Assembly (NCBI GenBank): GCA_963675595.2
Contig: CAXXLZ010000002.1
Coordinates: 4,416,001-4,480,000 of the forward strand
DNA: 64,000 nt
Source of the DNA: Thermodesulfobacteriota bacterium
Lineage (GTDB): Bacteria; Desulfobacterota; Desulfarculia; JACQYL01
Reading direction: 5' to 3'
The notes beneath the pieces were generated by a model. The model ran no database searches. It worked only from the letters and a program-made list of their open reading frames with translations, and had not been told where the DNA came from. The translations under genes were made by a program, and so were the position numbers. Positions 1 to 12,002 of this stretch are shown here, piece by piece; the first letter of the stretch is position 1, and each line of letters starts with the position of its first letter.

Positions 1-1077
1 GGTTCGGTCGCGGGCTGTTCCGATTCCGACGGCCTCCATTATGACGAGAACCACGCTCTTGAACAGGCCATGGATCAAGCCCACCAGGAACAAGGTTTGC
101 CCGGGATGGTCGCAACGGTAACCCGTCCGAATGGATCGGCCTGGACCGGTACCAGAGGAAAGTCCGAAATGACGACTGAAGCCGGAAATACTCCCCTGGT
201 CCAGACGGGCGATTCCCTGGACAGCCGAACCCGATTCCGCATCGGCAGCGTCACCAAAAGCTTCACGGCTCTGCTGACTTTGATTCTGGCGGAGGAAGGG
301 TATTTCAACCTGGACGACCGCCTGTCCCAATGGTTCCCGAACTTCGGGCCGAAAAGCGACGAAATCTCCCTTCGCCTTCTGTTGAACATGCGCAGCGGTC
401 TGCCCGATTACGAAGAAGAGATTACCCAGCTCATGATCAAAGAACCGTACCGGCAATGGCATCCAATTGAAATCCTGGAGCTGGTCAAGGATAAACCCTT
501 TGCCTTCGAACCTAATGAAGGCTGGACCTACTGCAATACCGGGTACATTGTTCTGGGAATCATCGCCGAACAGGCAACCGGCAGGCCTCTGCCCGAGTTG
601 ATCCGGACCAAAATACTGGAACCTTTGAAGATGAACGACACATTCATGCCCGAAGCGAATGAGATAATCGAACCATTTGCCCGAGGTTACCAGTATTTTG
701 ATAATACTTATTACCAGGGATGGACCGATGTCACTAACTGGAACCCGTCCGGCTCCGGTGCGGCTGGAAACATGATCTCCACTTTACACGACCTGACCAT
801 CTGGCTTGCAGCCCTTCAAGAGGGTCGACTGGTCACGGAAGAACATCACCGGGAGATGTTCGACTTCGTGCCCACGGGGCTGGGTGTTTCTTATGGCTAC
901 GGCATATATGATTTGGGCGGGTCCGTGGGACACAACGGCTTCATCTTCGGGTACACCACGGCAATGTATCGTTACGAAGGTTATGATTTCATCGTTCTGA
1001 CCAACGGTTCACCTAGCCTTGGGGTCGTGTCGGCCGATTCTGTTTTTCTGCGGCTGAAAGACGCTGTCTTTGAGTGA
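1..1077 (+). CDS. Serine hydrolase, beta-lactamase/D-Ala-D-Ala carboxypeptidase family; probable lipoprotein, 5' end outside window
   Basis: SxxK motif (IGSVTKSF), YCN, and HNG near the C-terminus. The frame is open from base 1 (GSVAGCSDSD...), containing a VAGC lipobox upstream of the ORF-track ATG at 70. Confidence 0.85.
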   Translation, partial: GSVAGCSDSDGLHYDENHALEQAMDQAHQEQGLPGMVATVTRPNGSAWTGTRGKSEMTTEAGNTPLVQTGDSLDSRTRFRIGSVTKSFTALLTLILAEEGYFNLDDRLSQWFPNFGPKSDEISLRLLLNMRSGLPDYEEEITQLMIKEPYRQWHPIEILELVKDKPFAFEPNEGWTYCNTGYIVLGIIAEQATGRPLPELIRTKILEPLKMNDTFMPEANEIIEPFARGYQYFDNTYYQGWTDVTNWNPSGSGAAGNMISTLHDLTIWLAALQEGRLVTEEHHREMFDFVPTGLGVSYGYGIYDLGGSVGHNGFIFGYTTAMYRYEGYDFIVLTNGSPSLGVVSADSVFLRLKDAVFE

Positions 1078-1226
1078 AGTCGCCGGGATGGACCGTGGGA
1101 GACTACGAACGAAGGATTGATTCCGTAGTGCGCATTTATAGAAAACCGCGATATCGTTTGTATGGCGCAATGGCAGCAACATTGGTGCTTTTTTCGCTGT
1201 TGTTCCCGTGTGCCGTATTCAGCGTA

Positions 1227-1254
1227 GGGGGGCGGCTTTGAGCAAGCCGCCCCC
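1227..1254. terminator. Hairpin between convergent genes, probable intrinsic terminator
   Basis: GGGGGCGGCTT-TGAGC-AAGCCGCCCCC perfect 11-bp stem. Confidence 0.65.
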
Positions 1255-1285
1255 AAGAAAGTCGAAGCGAAGATTCGATCAGGTA

Positions 1286-2341
1286 CTAGCTCAGGCGGCC
1301 CACCGCGGGACTGGGCTTTCGGCCGTACTCCCTGGCGGTGGCCACGATGGCCTTCATGTTTTCATCCTTAATGTCCGGCCACAGGTCGCAACCGGGCCAG
1401 ACGGCGTCCACGCCGCCGTCGATGTTGGCCTTGATGCCGGCGACCGCCTGTTCCACCGTGGTCTCCTCTTTGCAGGGGAGGGCGAACACGTCGAAGTTTC
1501 CGAACACCAGCACGTCGTTCCCCAGTTTCTTGCGGGATTCGACCAGATTGTTCTTGATGTCCACGCTCACGGCGTCCGCGCCGCAGTCGGCCATCATCTC
1601 GATAATCAGGTCGGTGGCGCCGCAAATATGCAGGACCTTGGGTGACTTCCACGCTTCCATGATCCGACGCATGCGCGGTTGAATCACGGTCTTCCAGGTT
1701 CTGGGGCTGATGAGGTCGGAGCCCGTGCCCATTTCACGCAGCGTGATGTAGTCGGCGCCGGCCTCCTGATAGGCCTGACCGATCTTGATGATCATGTCGG
1801 TAACCTTGTCCAAGGTGTCTTCCACCTTCTGCTTTTCCTTGAACACGCCCTTAAGAAGGATATCCAGTTCCAGCAACTGACCGCACATGGTGAAGGGCCC
1901 CAGTTGCCACGCGCCTACGGCCAGCTCGGGAGCTTCTTTCTTGCACAACTTGATCGCATCCACCACCATGGGCATGCGACCCAATTCCGTGATGTTGTCC
2001 GGAATCGTCACTTCGTCCATGTTGGTCCACATTTTGTTGGGAATGGTGGGGTAAAGGATGTCTTCGGAGTTTTCATACAGACTGATTTTATTGCCGATGG
2101 CTTCCGACTCGCAGGTCATGTCGAAAGGCACGACCACGGAGTCGAAGTCGTACATGCGGCTGGTCAGAATGGCCGATTTCGCCATTTTTTCGGCATCGGT
2201 ATGAATCTGAGGGAAGTTGTAACCAAGCTGCTTGATCGCCGGCAGGAGCACCATACCCATTCCGCTGAAAAACGGCATGGTATCCACGGGTTCTTTCTTG
2301 AATGCTTTCAAAACGCGTTCTTTAGGGGTCAACTGTGCCAT
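1286..2341 (-). CDS. MtaA/CmuA-like methyltransferase, uroporphyrinogen decarboxylase family
   Basis: N-terminus MAQLTPKERVL; Zn-ligand pattern LHICG...PGCDL; GNFD near the C-terminus. An AGGAG RBS supports ATG 2341 rather than 2368. Confidence 0.8.
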   Translation of the reverse strand: MAQLTPKERVLKAFKKEPVDTMPFFSGMGMVLLPAIKQLGYNFPQIHTDAEKMAKSAILTSRMYDFDSVVVPFDMTCESEAIGNKISLYENSEDILYPTIPNKMWTNMDEVTIPDNITELGRMPMVVDAIKLCKKEAPELAVGAWQLGPFTMCGQLLELDILLKGVFKEKQKVEDTLDKVTDMIIKIGQAYQEAGADYITLREMGTGSDLISPRTWKTVIQPRMRRIMEAWKSPKVLHICGATDLIIEMMADCGADAVSVDIKNNLVESRKKLGNDVLVFGNFDVFALPCKEETTVEQAVAGIKANIDGGVDAVWPGCDLWPDIKDENMKAIVATAREYGRKPSPAVGRLS

Positions 2342-2660
2342 AGAAAAACCTGTCTCCTTGTACTGCAAAAGTTAGTCCGAACATTCCTCAGGCCTCGAGA
2401 TCCATCGCAGGTCAAATCCTAAGTGGAAGCGGGCCTGAGACGCATGGTCCGGGCTTTATGCCTTGTGTGCACAATGGTGTCAATCGACCGGGGGACTATT
2501 TTTGGCGCCCGAGGGGACGACTTCCCGGCCGGCGGAACATTTCGTGAGTTGGATTCAAGAGGCTCCGAAGCGGCGTCGGACCCCTTCATGGATGATGCAT
2601 CGGGCGTTGCCTCGGAGCCCGGCGTTGGGAGTTCACCTCTGATTCCCGGAACGGAGCCGA

Positions 2661-3311
2661 CTAAAGGATGGTGCCGTTGACCAGCTTGACCACGCTCCAA
2701 TCGGAGAAGTAGTCGATCACGTTCACGCAGGCGTAATCCTGTTCAATGCGGAACACCTGGCTGAGATCGAGATTCAGGGCTTTGCTGAGGATGATCCGGT
2801 TGGGGCCCCCGTGGGCCACGATAAGGATGGTCTTGGATTCCTTCCCTTCCATAATCGAGTCAAGAGCCTCCACGACCCGGCTCTCCGTCTGTCGGAAACT
2901 TTCCCCCTCCGGGATGCGATATCCGGCGATATCCTTCCGCCAGGAATGGAACACGTCGGGAAGTTGGTCCGCGACCTTTTTGAATGATAGGCCTTCCATC
3001 ACTCCGAAATTCATCTCCCGGAGACCCGGTATGGGCACAGGTTCCATATTGCGACCCACGGCGATGGTATTCGCCCCGGTCACGGTTCTTTTGAGGTCGC
3101 TGGAGTAAATCTCGTCGATGACTTCATCCTTCAAGAGGTCGGCCACCGCTTCGAGCTGACGCCGGCCGAAATCGGAAACGCCGACGTCCGTGTGCCCGTT
3201 GAAACAAAAATCGGCGTGGTTTTCCACCTGGCCGTGTCGTACCAGAAACAAACGGGTTCTTTGGTCTCGGCCGGGAATGACTTTTTCCTTCCAACTTTCT
3301 TTAGGAATCAT
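2661..3311 (-). CDS. Histidine phosphatase family protein (alpha-ribazole phosphatase CobC-like)
   Basis: LVRHG, YSSDLKR, LREMNFG, GES and VAHGG motifs. Confidence 0.85.
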   Translation of the reverse strand: MIPKESWKEKVIPGRDQRTRLFLVRHGQVENHADFCFNGHTDVGVSDFGRRQLEAVADLLKDEVIDEIYSSDLKRTVTGANTIAVGRNMEPVPIPGLREMNFGVMEGLSFKKVADQLPDVFHSWRKDIAGYRIPEGESFRQTESRVVEALDSIMEGKESKTILIVAHGGPNRIILSKALNLDLSQVFRIEQDYACVNVIDYFSDWSVVKLVNGTIL

Positions 3312-3314
3312 GAA

Positions 3315-4442
3315 TCAACCCTTGTTCGGGAACACCGGTATGGAGAATTCCCTGTTGTCGTTAGGTACAATCGTATCTTTTGAGTCCGTCCAACGGCGGA
3401 CTTTGTCCATCAATGAGCCGTCGCCTTCCTGTCCGGCCAGGGCCTTCGCAATGGAAAGCATTGTCGCCAAGTCACCGCCGCAACGGCGGAGGAAGTCCTC
3501 GAATACGGCGAATGAACGGTGGTAGAGCCCGACGGAAAGCAGATAAGCGTTGTTCAGGCCGTGATCGCCGAAGCCGTGGAATCGAGGAGTCTTCAGCTCT
3601 TTTCGGATAAGGTCGAACTCGCCGAGTATTTCCTCGAATACCACTTCCCTGCGAACAAGCACCTCCTCTTCGCTCAACCCTTCTGCGTAGAGGGTTTCCA
3701 GTTGTTTGAAAGCCCGATCCATGAAGTCGGAAAATATCCTCTCGTCCCGGACGGCGTCTGATGCGAAAAGAGTCTCCTCGTGATCCGGCCCGAACCGTTG
3801 TTCGCAGAATTGTCGGGCGCCCTGCAAGCCCACGAGCACGGCCAGCCCCTCGTTGAAGTTCCCCTGACCCGATTCGTAGATGGTCACGTGGGTTAGTTCG
3901 TGAAGAATGATCTCCGCGAGAGTCGCCGGCCGCAGCTTGAGAAGATACGGGGTTACCGGGTCCTGGAACCATCCGAGGGTGCTGTAGGCGGCGGCCCTCC
4001 TCAGGACGGTGTCCATGCCGTCGCCCTCCAATTTCCGTTGTTCTTCACGGGCCTTGTCGAGGTCGAAGAAACCGAGATAGGGGATTCGCCCGGCGATGGG
4101 AAACCACCAGGTCTTGAGTTTCAGTTGGTCCTTTGGTGAGGCGGAAACGGTGTAAACCGGGGGCCGCTCCCCCATATAGACTTCGCGGTAATTCTCCGTG
4201 TGTTTGAGGCCCAATCGGGCCTCCCCGAACTCACGAATTTCCTGAGCCAATATCGCGGCGTTCAGCTCCTCCCCGGAAAGCCCGCCTTCTTCTTTCAACT
4301 CCTCCAAAGGGCGTGAACCGCGCATCATGTCCCACTGCCCCAGGCCCACGTGAACCAAGTATCCGATTCGGCATCCCGCCAGGCTCGAAAGTAGAGCCAG
4401 GCAGCAAAGTATCCGTATCGGAGTATTGGTGATTGGTCTCAT
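3315..4442 (-). CDS. Putative zinc aminopeptidase, probable lipoprotein
   Basis: LAGC lipobox; AYSTLGWF.DP, HELTH and FNEGLA zincin motifs. Confidence 0.8.
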   Translation of the reverse strand: MRPITNTPIRILCCLALLSSLAGCRIGYLVHVGLGQWDMMRGSRPLEELKEEGGLSGEELNAAILAQEIREFGEARLGLKHTENYREVYMGERPPVYTVSASPKDQLKLKTWWFPIAGRIPYLGFFDLDKAREEQRKLEGDGMDTVLRRAAAYSTLGWFQDPVTPYLLKLRPATLAEIILHELTHVTIYESGQGNFNEGLAVLVGLQGARQFCEQRFGPDHEETLFASDAVRDERIFSDFMDRAFKQLETLYAEGLSEEEVLVRREVVFEEILGEFDLIRKELKTPRFHGFGDHGLNNAYLLSVGLYHRSFAVFEDFLRRCGGDLATMLSIAKALAGQEGDGSLMDKVRRWTDSKDTIVPNDNREFSIPVFPNKG

Positions 4443-4586
4443 AAAGCCATAATACCGGGGGGTGTATGCCCGCCGCGGACCTTCCCGAATCTTCTTGGCC
4501 GGGAAGGTGCGGCTGAACTCAAAGGTCTTTCGGGAGGTCGGGAGACAAGAGCGGGCCCCGGGATCGAGGCTTCGCGCGATTTCGCA

Positions 4587-5627
4587 CTATTGTCCCTCGG
4601 CCATTCGACGGAAGGCGGCTTCATAGGGCTCGCCGGCCACGCCTTTTTCCGTGATGATCCCGACCACGAGCTCATGGGGGGTCACGTCGAAAGCGATGTT
4701 TCGCACGGGTACGTTCTTGGGCACAATGGGTTTTCCGAACACGGTGGCCACTTCGTGCGCGGGACGTTCCTCGATGGGAATCTCGTCCCCGGACTTGAGG
4801 GAAAGATCAATGGTGGACAACGGCGCGGCCACGTAAAAAGGGACCCCGTGAGTCTTGGCCAAAACGGCCAATGGATAAGTGCCGATTTTATTGGCCGTGT
4901 CTCCGTTAGCCGCGATTCGGTCCGCTCCGACCACGATCACCTGTACGGCACCGGAACGCATTAAGGTACCCGCCATGCTGTCGCCGATGACGGTAACGGG
5001 GATTCCGTCCTTCTCCAACTCCCAGGCCGTCAAACGCGCGCCCTGAAGAAAGGGACGAGTCTCATCCGCCAGGACTTGTATCTTCTTGCCGGACTCCACG
5101 GCGGCACGAATCACTCCCAGGGCGGTGCCGTAACCTCCGGTGGCCAAAGCACCGGCGTTGCAGTGGGTCAACACGGTTGCACCGTCGGGAATGAGATCGG
5201 CTCCCATGGCCCCGATGTTCTTGTTAATGGCCACATCCTCTTCCAGGATGGTTTGAGACTCCCGGAACAGAATTTCTCGAATCTCTTCAACAGGACGATT
5301 TCGGTTCGCCTCAGCCAGGGCTTTCATCCGATCCACGGCCCACGCCAGGTTCACGGCCGTGGGGCGAGCTTGCCTCAGGGCGTCGCACACCTGCTCAAGA
5401 TGTTTGTAAAAGGCTTGGTGCGTTCCAAGGTTCCGTTTGGATGCGCCCAAGGCCACTCCCATGGCGGCGGCGACACCGATGGCGGGCGCCCCCCGAATGA
5501 CCATGTTCTTGATGGCTTCGATCACGTCCTTCACGGTGCGGCAGGTCAAATATTTTTCCGCCCAGGGGAGTTTCCTCTGGTCCAGCATGAGCACTCGACC
5601 GTCTTTCCAATAAATCGTCGGCAGCAT
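4587..5627 (-). CDS. mtnA: S-methyl-5-thioribose-1-phosphate isomerase
   Basis: [44 protein letters not shown] and ANKIGTY motifs. Confidence 0.95.
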   Translation of the reverse strand: MLPTIYWKDGRVLMLDQRKLPWAEKYLTCRTVKDVIEAIKNMVIRGAPAIGVAAAMGVALGASKRNLGTHQAFYKHLEQVCDALRQARPTAVNLAWAVDRMKALAEANRNRPVEEIREILFRESQTILEEDVAINKNIGAMGADLIPDGATVLTHCNAGALATGGYGTALGVIRAAVESGKKIQVLADETRPFLQGARLTAWELEKDGIPVTVIGDSMAGTLMRSGAVQVIVVGADRIAANGDTANKIGTYPLAVLAKTHGVPFYVAAPLSTIDLSLKSGDEIPIEERPAHEVATVFGKPIVPKNVPVRNIAFDVTPHELVVGIITEKGVAGEPYEAAFRRMAEGQ

Positions 5628-5703
5628 GTGGGTTCCGTTCTTCGCAGGGAGGCCCCGACGGAGCCGAAACTCCGCCCGGGACCTCCGGGTTGGCGTCGGA
5701 ATC

Positions 5704-7131
5704 TTAGTCCAGTAGTTTTTTCAAAGCGTCGTTGACCACCTGCGGGTTGGCCTTGCCTTTGGAGGCTTTCATGACCTGGCCCACGAAGAATCCGAACAGC
5801 TTCTTCTTGCCTCCCCGATAGGCCTCAACCTCATTGGGATTCTCATCCATCACCTTCTTGATCAAGTCCTCGATGGCTCCCGAATCGCTGACCTGAACCA
5901 GGCCTTTTTCTTCGACCACTTGTCGGGCGGATTTGCCGGAGGAAAACATTTCCTCGAAAACCGTTTTGGCGATCTTACCGCTGATGGTTTCATCACGAAT
6001 GAGACCCAGGAGACCGGAAAGCTCATCGGAAGAAACGGGGGACTGCTCGATTTCAAGGCCGCCTTTATTAAGAAAGTGCATGAGTTCCCCCATGATCCAG
6101 TTGGCGGCCATTTTGGCATCCCCGGTCTTCTCGGCGGTGCGTTCGTAGTAATCCGCCGTGGCTCTTCGGGCGATGAGCACGGAAGCGTCGTAGTCGGACA
6201 ACCCGTATTCCCGCACAAAGCGGTCCTTCTTCTCGTCGGGGAGTTCGGGCAGCTTGGAGCGTGTTTCCTGAATCCAGGCCTCGTCGACGACCACGGGAAC
6301 CAGGTCGGGATCCGGAAAATATCTGTAGTCGTGGGATTCCTCTTTGCCGCGCATGGAGAGCGACTGCCCGCGAGCGGCGTCCCAGAGGCGCGTTTCCTGT
6401 ATCACCGCCTCCCCCGAGTCCAGGAGCGATCGCTGCCGCAGGATTTCGAAATCCAGCGCCTGCTGTACGTGCCTGAAGGAGTTCATGTTCTTGAGCTCGG
6501 TTCTCGTACCGAGCTTTTCGCTTCCCATGGGACGAATAGACACGTTGGCGTCACAGCGGAAGCTGCCTTCTTCCATGTTCCCGTCGCAGATTTCCGCGTA
6601 TTGGAGAATGCTTCTAAGCTTTTTGAGGTAGAGTACCGCCTCTTCGCTGGAACGCATGTCCGGTTCGCTGACGATTTCGATCAGGGGCACGCCGCAGCGA
6701 TTGAAATCTACATAACTCACCGGACTGAAATCGTCGTGAACGAGTTTGCCGGCGTCTTCTTCCATGTGAATGCGGGTGAGACCGACGCGTTTCGTCTTTC
6801 CGGCCGGCTCGATATCCACGTGGCCGCCCACGGCCAGAGGTTCCTCGAACTGGGATATCTGGTATCCTTTGGGCAGGTCCGGGTAGAAATAATTCTTTCG
6901 GGCCAGCCTGGAAAAAGGAGCGATGGTGCAGTCGGTGGCCAGACCCATCATCATGGCGAACTCCACCACTTTGCGGTTGAGCACGGGAAGCGTTCCGGGC
7001 ATCCCCTGGCAAATGGGGCAGGTGTGAGAGTTGGGCGGGGCCCCGAATCGTGTCGAGCATCCGCAAAAGGTTTTGCTCTGGGTCAGCAGTTGAGCGTGGA
7101 CTTCCAGTCCGATGACGGCTTCGTATTCCAT
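5704..7131 (-). CDS. gatB: Asp-tRNA(Asn)/Glu-tRNA(Gln) amidotransferase subunit B
   Basis: [40 protein letters not shown] and YRYFPDPDL motifs. RBS GGAGAGG precedes ATG 7131. Confidence 0.97.
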   Translation of the reverse strand: MEYEAVIGLEVHAQLLTQSKTFCGCSTRFGAPPNSHTCPICQGMPGTLPVLNRKVVEFAMMMGLATDCTIAPFSRLARKNYFYPDLPKGYQISQFEEPLAVGGHVDIEPAGKTKRVGLTRIHMEEDAGKLVHDDFSPVSYVDFNRCGVPLIEIVSEPDMRSSEEAVLYLKKLRSILQYAEICDGNMEEGSFRCDANVSIRPMGSEKLGTRTELKNMNSFRHVQQALDFEILRQRSLLDSGEAVIQETRLWDAARGQSLSMRGKEESHDYRYFPDPDLVPVVVDEAWIQETRSKLPELPDEKKDRFVREYGLSDYDASVLIARRATADYYERTAEKTGDAKMAANWIMGELMHFLNKGGLEIEQSPVSSDELSGLLGLIRDETISGKIAKTVFEEMFSSGKSARQVVEEKGLVQVSDSGAIEDLIKKVMDENPNEVEAYRGGKKKLFGFFVGQVMKASKGKANPQVVNDALKKLLD

Positions 7132-7316
7132 GTTCCCGTTGTCCTCTCCAAGATGGTTACCCGGCCTGTATAGGAATTCTCGTTCCCGACTGTCAAGCGC
7201 CATGCCGTGTGGCCGGCGGGGCATCTCTTGACAAGGCTCGCGGGAAGTCCTTAGATGACGGGTCATCGGCTCGGAATGAGATTGGCCGATACCACAAAAC
7301 GGTCCGGGAGACTCAA

Positions 7317-10013
7317 ATGTCCGAAGAAATATCAGATTCCTTGTTGAAGGTATATCTAGTGGATGGAAGTTCGTACCTGTATCGTTCGTTTTATGCGGTA
7401 CGGGGCCTGCAGAACCGGGACGGGCTGCCGACCAACGCCGTTTTCGGGTTTGTCAGCATGATCAACAGGATTCTGAAATCCAAGTCTCCCTCTCACATGG
7501 CCATCGTGTTCGACACGCCGGCGCCCACTTTTCGGCACGAGAGATACCCCGAATACAAGGCCCACCGCGACGTCATCCCCGAGGAACTGGTGATCCAGAT
7601 TCCATATATTAAGCGGATTGTTCGCATGCTCGGCATTCCCATTGTCGAGCATGACGGAGTGGAGGCGGACGACGTGATCGGCACGATCGCGAAAGAGGCC
7701 GTGGAGAACTGGAGGGCCGAAGTGGTATTGGTCTCTTCCGATAAGGATTTTTTTCAGCTTCTTTCCGATCGGGTGCGCATGTGGGACACCATGAAGGACG
7801 TGATGGTGACTCCCGAGGACGTGGAAAGCAGGTTCGGGCTGGAGCCTTCCAGAGTCCTCGAGGTGATGGGACTCATGGGGGACACTTCGGACAATATTCC
7901 CGGCGTTCCCGGCATCGGCGAAAAAACGGCGGTAAAGCTCATTTCGGAGTTCGGGGGTCTGGACGACCTGCTGGAGCGCTGGGAGGATGTGAAGCAGAAC
8001 AAGCTTCGGCAAAACCTGCGGGAATTCCGAGACCAGGCGTTGTTGTCCAAGGAGTTGATGACAATCAAAACGGACGTGCCTTTGAATCTTTCTCAGGAAG
8101 ACCTAAAGCTCCACAGAGCGGACTGGGAGGAGCTCAAAAAACTTTATGCCGAGTTGGATTTTCAGTCCCTCATCGAGGAGGAACCGTCCGCTCCGGAACA
8201 ACGAGATAGAGACTACCGGTTGATTACCCGCCTCGAGGATCTGGACGCGTTGGTGGATGAACTGTGCGGATTGGATGTGGTTTCCGTGGACACGGAAACC
8301 ACGTCTCAGGAACCCATGCGGGCGAGGCTGGTGGGAGTCTCCCTTTGCGGCGAGCCCGGACGGGCCTATTATATCCCCTTGGGCCATTCTCCTTTGGCCG
8401 CGCCGGAACAGGTGGATTTCGAGGCGGGCCGAAGCCGGCTTCGTCGCCTCATCGAAAACGAGGCGATCCGTAAGGTGGGGCACAACCTGAAATACGACAT
8501 CCTGGTTCTGGAGAAGCATGGTTTCGAACCGGCCGGTCGCATCTCCGACACCATGGTCGCGTCCTATCTGATCGATCCCGACCGCCACGCCCATAGTCTG
8601 GAAAAGGTGGCGTGGGAATTCTTGGGCGAAAAAGTCATCACCTACAAGGAAGTGGCGGGAAGCGGGAAAAAGGAGATCACATTCGACGCCGTACCCGTAG
8701 AGCGGGCCTGCGAATATGCGGCGGAAGACGCGGACATGGCGTTTCGTTTGCACGAGACGCTGAGCGCGGAACTGCAAAGCAAGGCTTTGGATCGGCTCAT
8801 GGACGAAGTCGAGATGCCGCTGGTCTTTGTTTTGGCGGCCATGGAGCGCTGGGGAGTGAAGATCGATCGGGATCATCTGAGACATCTGTCCAAGGAGCTG
8901 TCGGAACAGGCTTGGCAAATCGAGGATCGCATTTACCAACTAGCGGGAAGAAGGTTCAATATCAATTCACCCAAGCAGCTCAGTTCGGTGCTGTTCGAGG
9001 AGATGGGGCTGACGCCGCTCAAGAAGACCCGGAAGAAATCCGGGTACTCGACGGACATGGAAGTTCTGTCCTCCCTGGCTCTGGGGGAGCCCATCGCCGA
9101 AGAGTTGGTGAACTACCGGACTCTCACCAAGCTGATTTCGACCTATATCGACACGCTGCCGCTGCTGATTCATCCCGACACGGGACGAGTACACACTTCC
9201 TTTAATCAAACCGTGACGTCCACGGGCCGTCTGAGCAGCAGCAACCCGAATCTTCAGAACATCCCCGTGCGAGGTGAATTCGGAAGACGCGTGCGGGAAG
9301 CATTTGTTCCGGAACCCGGTTTTACCATGGTCTCCGCCGATTACAGCCAGATCGAGTTGCGCGTGCTGGCCCACTATTCCGGAGATCCGGCGCTCGTGGG
9401 GGCATTTCAGGCTGGAGAGGACGTCCATACTCAGACGGCCTGCGGAATGTTCGGCGTGTCGCCCGAAGAAGTAACCTCGGACATGCGCCGGAAAGCCAAG
9501 GTGGTCAATTTTGGGATCATCTACGGTATGCAGGCTTTCGGACTCGCTCGGGAACTGAACATTTCCCGGGGAGAAGCACGGGACTATATAGAAAACTATT
9601 TCAAAAGATTCGCCGGAGTGAAGTCGTTCTTCGAAAAGAATCTCCATGAAGCGGTCCAAAACGGCTTTGTGTCCACCTTGTTGGGGCGTCGGCGATATCT
9701 TCCCCAACTCGACTCGAAGAACAACGCGTTACGGAGCAATGCGGAACGTATTGCCACTAACACCCCCATACAAGGTTCTGCGGCGGATGTGATCAAAGTG
9801 GCCATGATCCGGCTGCTCGAGGTTCTAAGAACCCGGTATCCGCGGGTGAAAATGATCCTTCAAGTGCACGACGAACTGGTTTTTGAGGTACCGGATGAGG
9901 AGCTGGACAAACTGGTCGGCGTGATCAGAAAAGAAATGGAAGGAGCCATGACCCTGGCAGTGCCTCTGTCCGTGGACGTCAATTGGGGGCGCAACTGGGC
10001 CGAAGCCCACTGA
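7317..10013 (+). CDS. polA: DNA polymerase I
   Basis: 5' nuclease ([28 protein letters not shown]), 3'-5' exonuclease (DTETT) and polymerase motifs ([27 protein letters not shown]). GGGAG RBS precedes ATG 7317. Confidence 0.97.
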   Translation: MSEEISDSLLKVYLVDGSSYLYRSFYAVRGLQNRDGLPTNAVFGFVSMINRILKSKSPSHMAIVFDTPAPTFRHERYPEYKAHRDVIPEELVIQIPYIKRIVRMLGIPIVEHDGVEADDVIGTIAKEAVENWRAEVVLVSSDKDFFQLLSDRVRMWDTMKDVMVTPEDVESRFGLEPSRVLEVMGLMGDTSDNIPGVPGIGEKTAVKLISEFGGLDDLLERWEDVKQNKLRQNLREFRDQALLSKELMTIKTDVPLNLSQEDLKLHRADWEELKKLYAELDFQSLIEEEPSAPEQRDRDYRLITRLEDLDALVDELCGLDVVSVDTETTSQEPMRARLVGVSLCGEPGRAYYIPLGHSPLAAPEQVDFEAGRSRLRRLIENEAIRKVGHNLKYDILVLEKHGFEPAGRISDTMVASYLIDPDRHAHSLEKVAWEFLGEKVITYKEVAGSGKKEITFDAVPVERACEYAAEDADMAFRLHETLSAELQSKALDRLMDEVEMPLVFVLAAMERWGVKIDRDHLRHLSKELSEQAWQIEDRIYQLAGRRFNINSPKQLSSVLFEEMGLTPLKKTRKKSGYSTDMEVLSSLALGEPIAEELVNYRTLTKLISTYIDTLPLLIHPDTGRVHTSFNQTVTSTGRLSSSNPNLQNIPVRGEFGRRVREAFVPEPGFTMVSADYSQIELRVLAHYSGDPALVGAFQAGEDVHTQTACGMFGVSPEEVTSDMRRKAKVVNFGIIYGMQAFGLARELNISRGEARDYIENYFKRFAGVKSFFEKNLHEAVQNGFVSTLLGRRRYLPQLDSKNNALRSNAERIATNTPIQGSAADVIKVAMIRLLEVLRTRYPRVKMILQVHDELVFEVPDEELDKLVGVIRKEMEGAMTLAVPLSVDVNWGRNWAEAH

Positions 10014-10540
10014 TGCCGGAGGTCGGGGACGATGGTATGCGCAATTCCGGTATGACGGAGGGATTCGATCTCGAACTTCTGACGCGGCAGGTCGTCGAAT
10101 CACAGAGCACTCTGACCCTGGCCACCGCAGCCGGTGGGGAGGCATGGGCCGCCCCTGTCTACTATGTGAACCGCGAGGCGGCCCTGTATTTCTTCTCGAA
10201 ACCTGATTCCCGGCACGTTCGGGAAAGTCTGGCCGCGGCGGGTCAAGCAGCGGGATCGATCCATGTGCCGGCGGATTCATGGAGGGACATACGGGGAATC
10301 CAGATGTCCGGGAAGATCGAGATGGTGGGGCCGGGGGTGGAAGCGGCCAAGGCGGTGCGCGGGTATCTGCGCAAGTTCCCCTTCACCCTGGAATTCTTCG
10401 AGGGTGAAGGCGCGAAGGACCTGGATTCCTTCCGTGATCGTTTCAAGGTCCGTTTGTATCGATTTCGTCCGGAATTGGTTTACTATTTAGATAACCGCAT
10501 TCGATTCGGATTTCGAGAAAAGGTGGAAGCCGGATGGTAG
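10013..10540 (+). CDS. Pyridoxamine 5'-phosphate oxidase-like FMN-binding protein (YhbP/UPF0306-like)
   Basis: TLTLAT...WAAPVYY...SRH...IRGIQMSG...DNRIRFG pattern. The start overlaps the polA stop (TGATG); exact start uncertain. Confidence 0.75.
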   Translation: MPEVGDDGMRNSGMTEGFDLELLTRQVVESQSTLTLATAAGGEAWAAPVYYVNREAALYFFSKPDSRHVRESLAAAGQAAGSIHVPADSWRDIRGIQMSGKIEMVGPGVEAAKAVRGYLRKFPFTLEFFEGEGAKDLDSFRDRFKVRLYRFRPELVYYLDNRIRFGFREKVEAGW

Positions 10541-10551
10541 GAAAGGGAGAA

Positions 10552-11256
10552 ATGGCCAACGATGTCCGGGGACCCAACGCTGTGGTTCTTTCCAGCGGAG
10601 GCCTGGATTCTACAACGGTCATGGCGGTGGCGAGGGATGAGGGTTTCCGCATTTTCAGCTTGAGCTTTCTTTACGGGCAGCGCCATCTTCTGGAACTCGA
10701 GGCCGCCCGCAAAGTCTCGCGGATGATGGGGGCGGTGCGACACCTGGAAGTGAACGTGGATTTGGCCCGTATCGGAGGGTCGGCCCTAACGGCCGGTATT
10801 GAGGTTCCCAAAGACCGCAGCCCGGAAGACATGGCCGGTGAGATTCCCGTTACGTATGTACCCGCGAGGAATACCGTATTTCTCGCGCTCGGACTGGCCT
10901 GGGCCGAGGTATTGACGGCCGAGCGCATCTATATCGGGGTGAACGCCTTGGACTACAGCGGATACCCGGATTGCAGACCCGAGTTCATCGAGGCTTTTGA
11001 GCGGCTTGCACAATTGGCCACCAAGGCCGGAGTGGAGGGAAAGCTGAGTATTACCGTGGCCACGCCCTTGATCAGGCTTTCAAAAGCGCAAATCATTAGA
11101 AAGGGCCTGGAACTGGGAGTGGATTATTCTTTGACCCACAGCTGCTACGATCCCACTCCCGAAGGTCTTCATTGTGGGCGTTGTGACAGCTGTCTTCTGA
11201 GGAAAAAGGGATTTCGAGACGCCGGTGTGACGGACCCCACCCGCTATAAGGAATGA
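10552..11256 (+). CDS. queC: 7-cyano-7-deazaguanine synthase
   Basis: [28 protein letters not shown] and SCY...CGRCDSC motifs. Confidence 0.96.
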   Translation: MANDVRGPNAVVLSSGGLDSTTVMAVARDEGFRIFSLSFLYGQRHLLELEAARKVSRMMGAVRHLEVNVDLARIGGSALTAGIEVPKDRSPEDMAGEIPVTYVPARNTVFLALGLAWAEVLTAERIYIGVNALDYSGYPDCRPEFIEAFERLAQLATKAGVEGKLSITVATPLIRLSKAQIIRKGLELGVDYSLTHSCYDPTPEGLHCGRCDSCLLRKKGFRDAGVTDPTRYKE

Positions 11257-11330
11257 GGCCGACGTCTTCTCCGGTGTGCGGCAAACCCACGGTCCGCCAC
11301 CAGGAGAGTCCTACGGATGTTCCGCCGGAA

Positions 11331-12002
11331 TCAGGAAATGTCCCGCAGCTTGGACCGTACCAATTCAGTCGATTCCGAAGACGGGTACTTCTCCAGAAAC
11401 TGCTCGTAGAGGGCTTTGGCCTTTTCCTTGTCGCCCAAGGCTTCGTAGAGCCGTCCCAATTCCAGAGAGACGGTCTGCCCGCCGAAGTCTTCCGGTTCTT
11501 TTTGGACCGGGATCAGCACTTCGACTCCATCGGCGTAATCTCCCTTGGCTTCAAGGGCTTGAGCTAGACTGATCCGAACCGACGTCTGAAAGAGGGTATG
11601 GTCTTTCGATTGATCGAGTGCTTCCCGGTAGGCGGTGGCCGCCGAACCGTAGTCCCCGTTTTCGAACAACGCCTTACCCAATTCGGCGGCGACCAGGGCC
11701 GAGCCTTCGGCTCCGGGATGCCGAGCGAGAAAACGTTGCAGCAGGTCGATGCGCTGTTCGGTCGTCTCGGCGGTTCCCGCTTGGGCCAGCAGTTCGTTAA
11801 ACCGGTTCAACGCCGAGCTCGAATACGTCTTGTACAACTGTCCGGCCAGCAGGACCACCACTATGACTCCCGCCGCCACCAGAGCCGTCTTCGTGAATTT
11901 CTTAGGATTCTCCAACACGTAGTTGAGTAACCGAACCGATTTGTCGAAAAACTTGTCGGGCGTCTTCAGCAATTGCTTTCTGGTGATCTTCTCGGCCGCC
12001 AT
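11331..12002 (-). CDS. YfgM-like membrane-anchored TPR protein
   Basis: KITRKQLLKTPDKF N-terminus, one TM helix, then TPR-like helices. Confidence 0.75.
   Translation of the reverse strand: MAAEKITRKQLLKTPDKFFDKSVRLLNYVLENPKKFTKTALVAAGVIVVVLLAGQLYKTYSSSALNRFNELLAQAGTAETTEQRIDLLQRFLARHPGAEGSALVAAELGKALFENGDYGSAATAYREALDQSKDHTLFQTSVRISLAQALEAKGDYADGVEVLIPVQKEPEDFGGQTVSLELGRLYEALGDKEKAKALYEQFLEKYPSSESTELVRSKLRDIS

Noticed and set aside
5704-7131. gatB without adjacent gatC/gatA
   Set aside because: Split gatCA/gatB arrangements are common, so this is not evidence of a new function.
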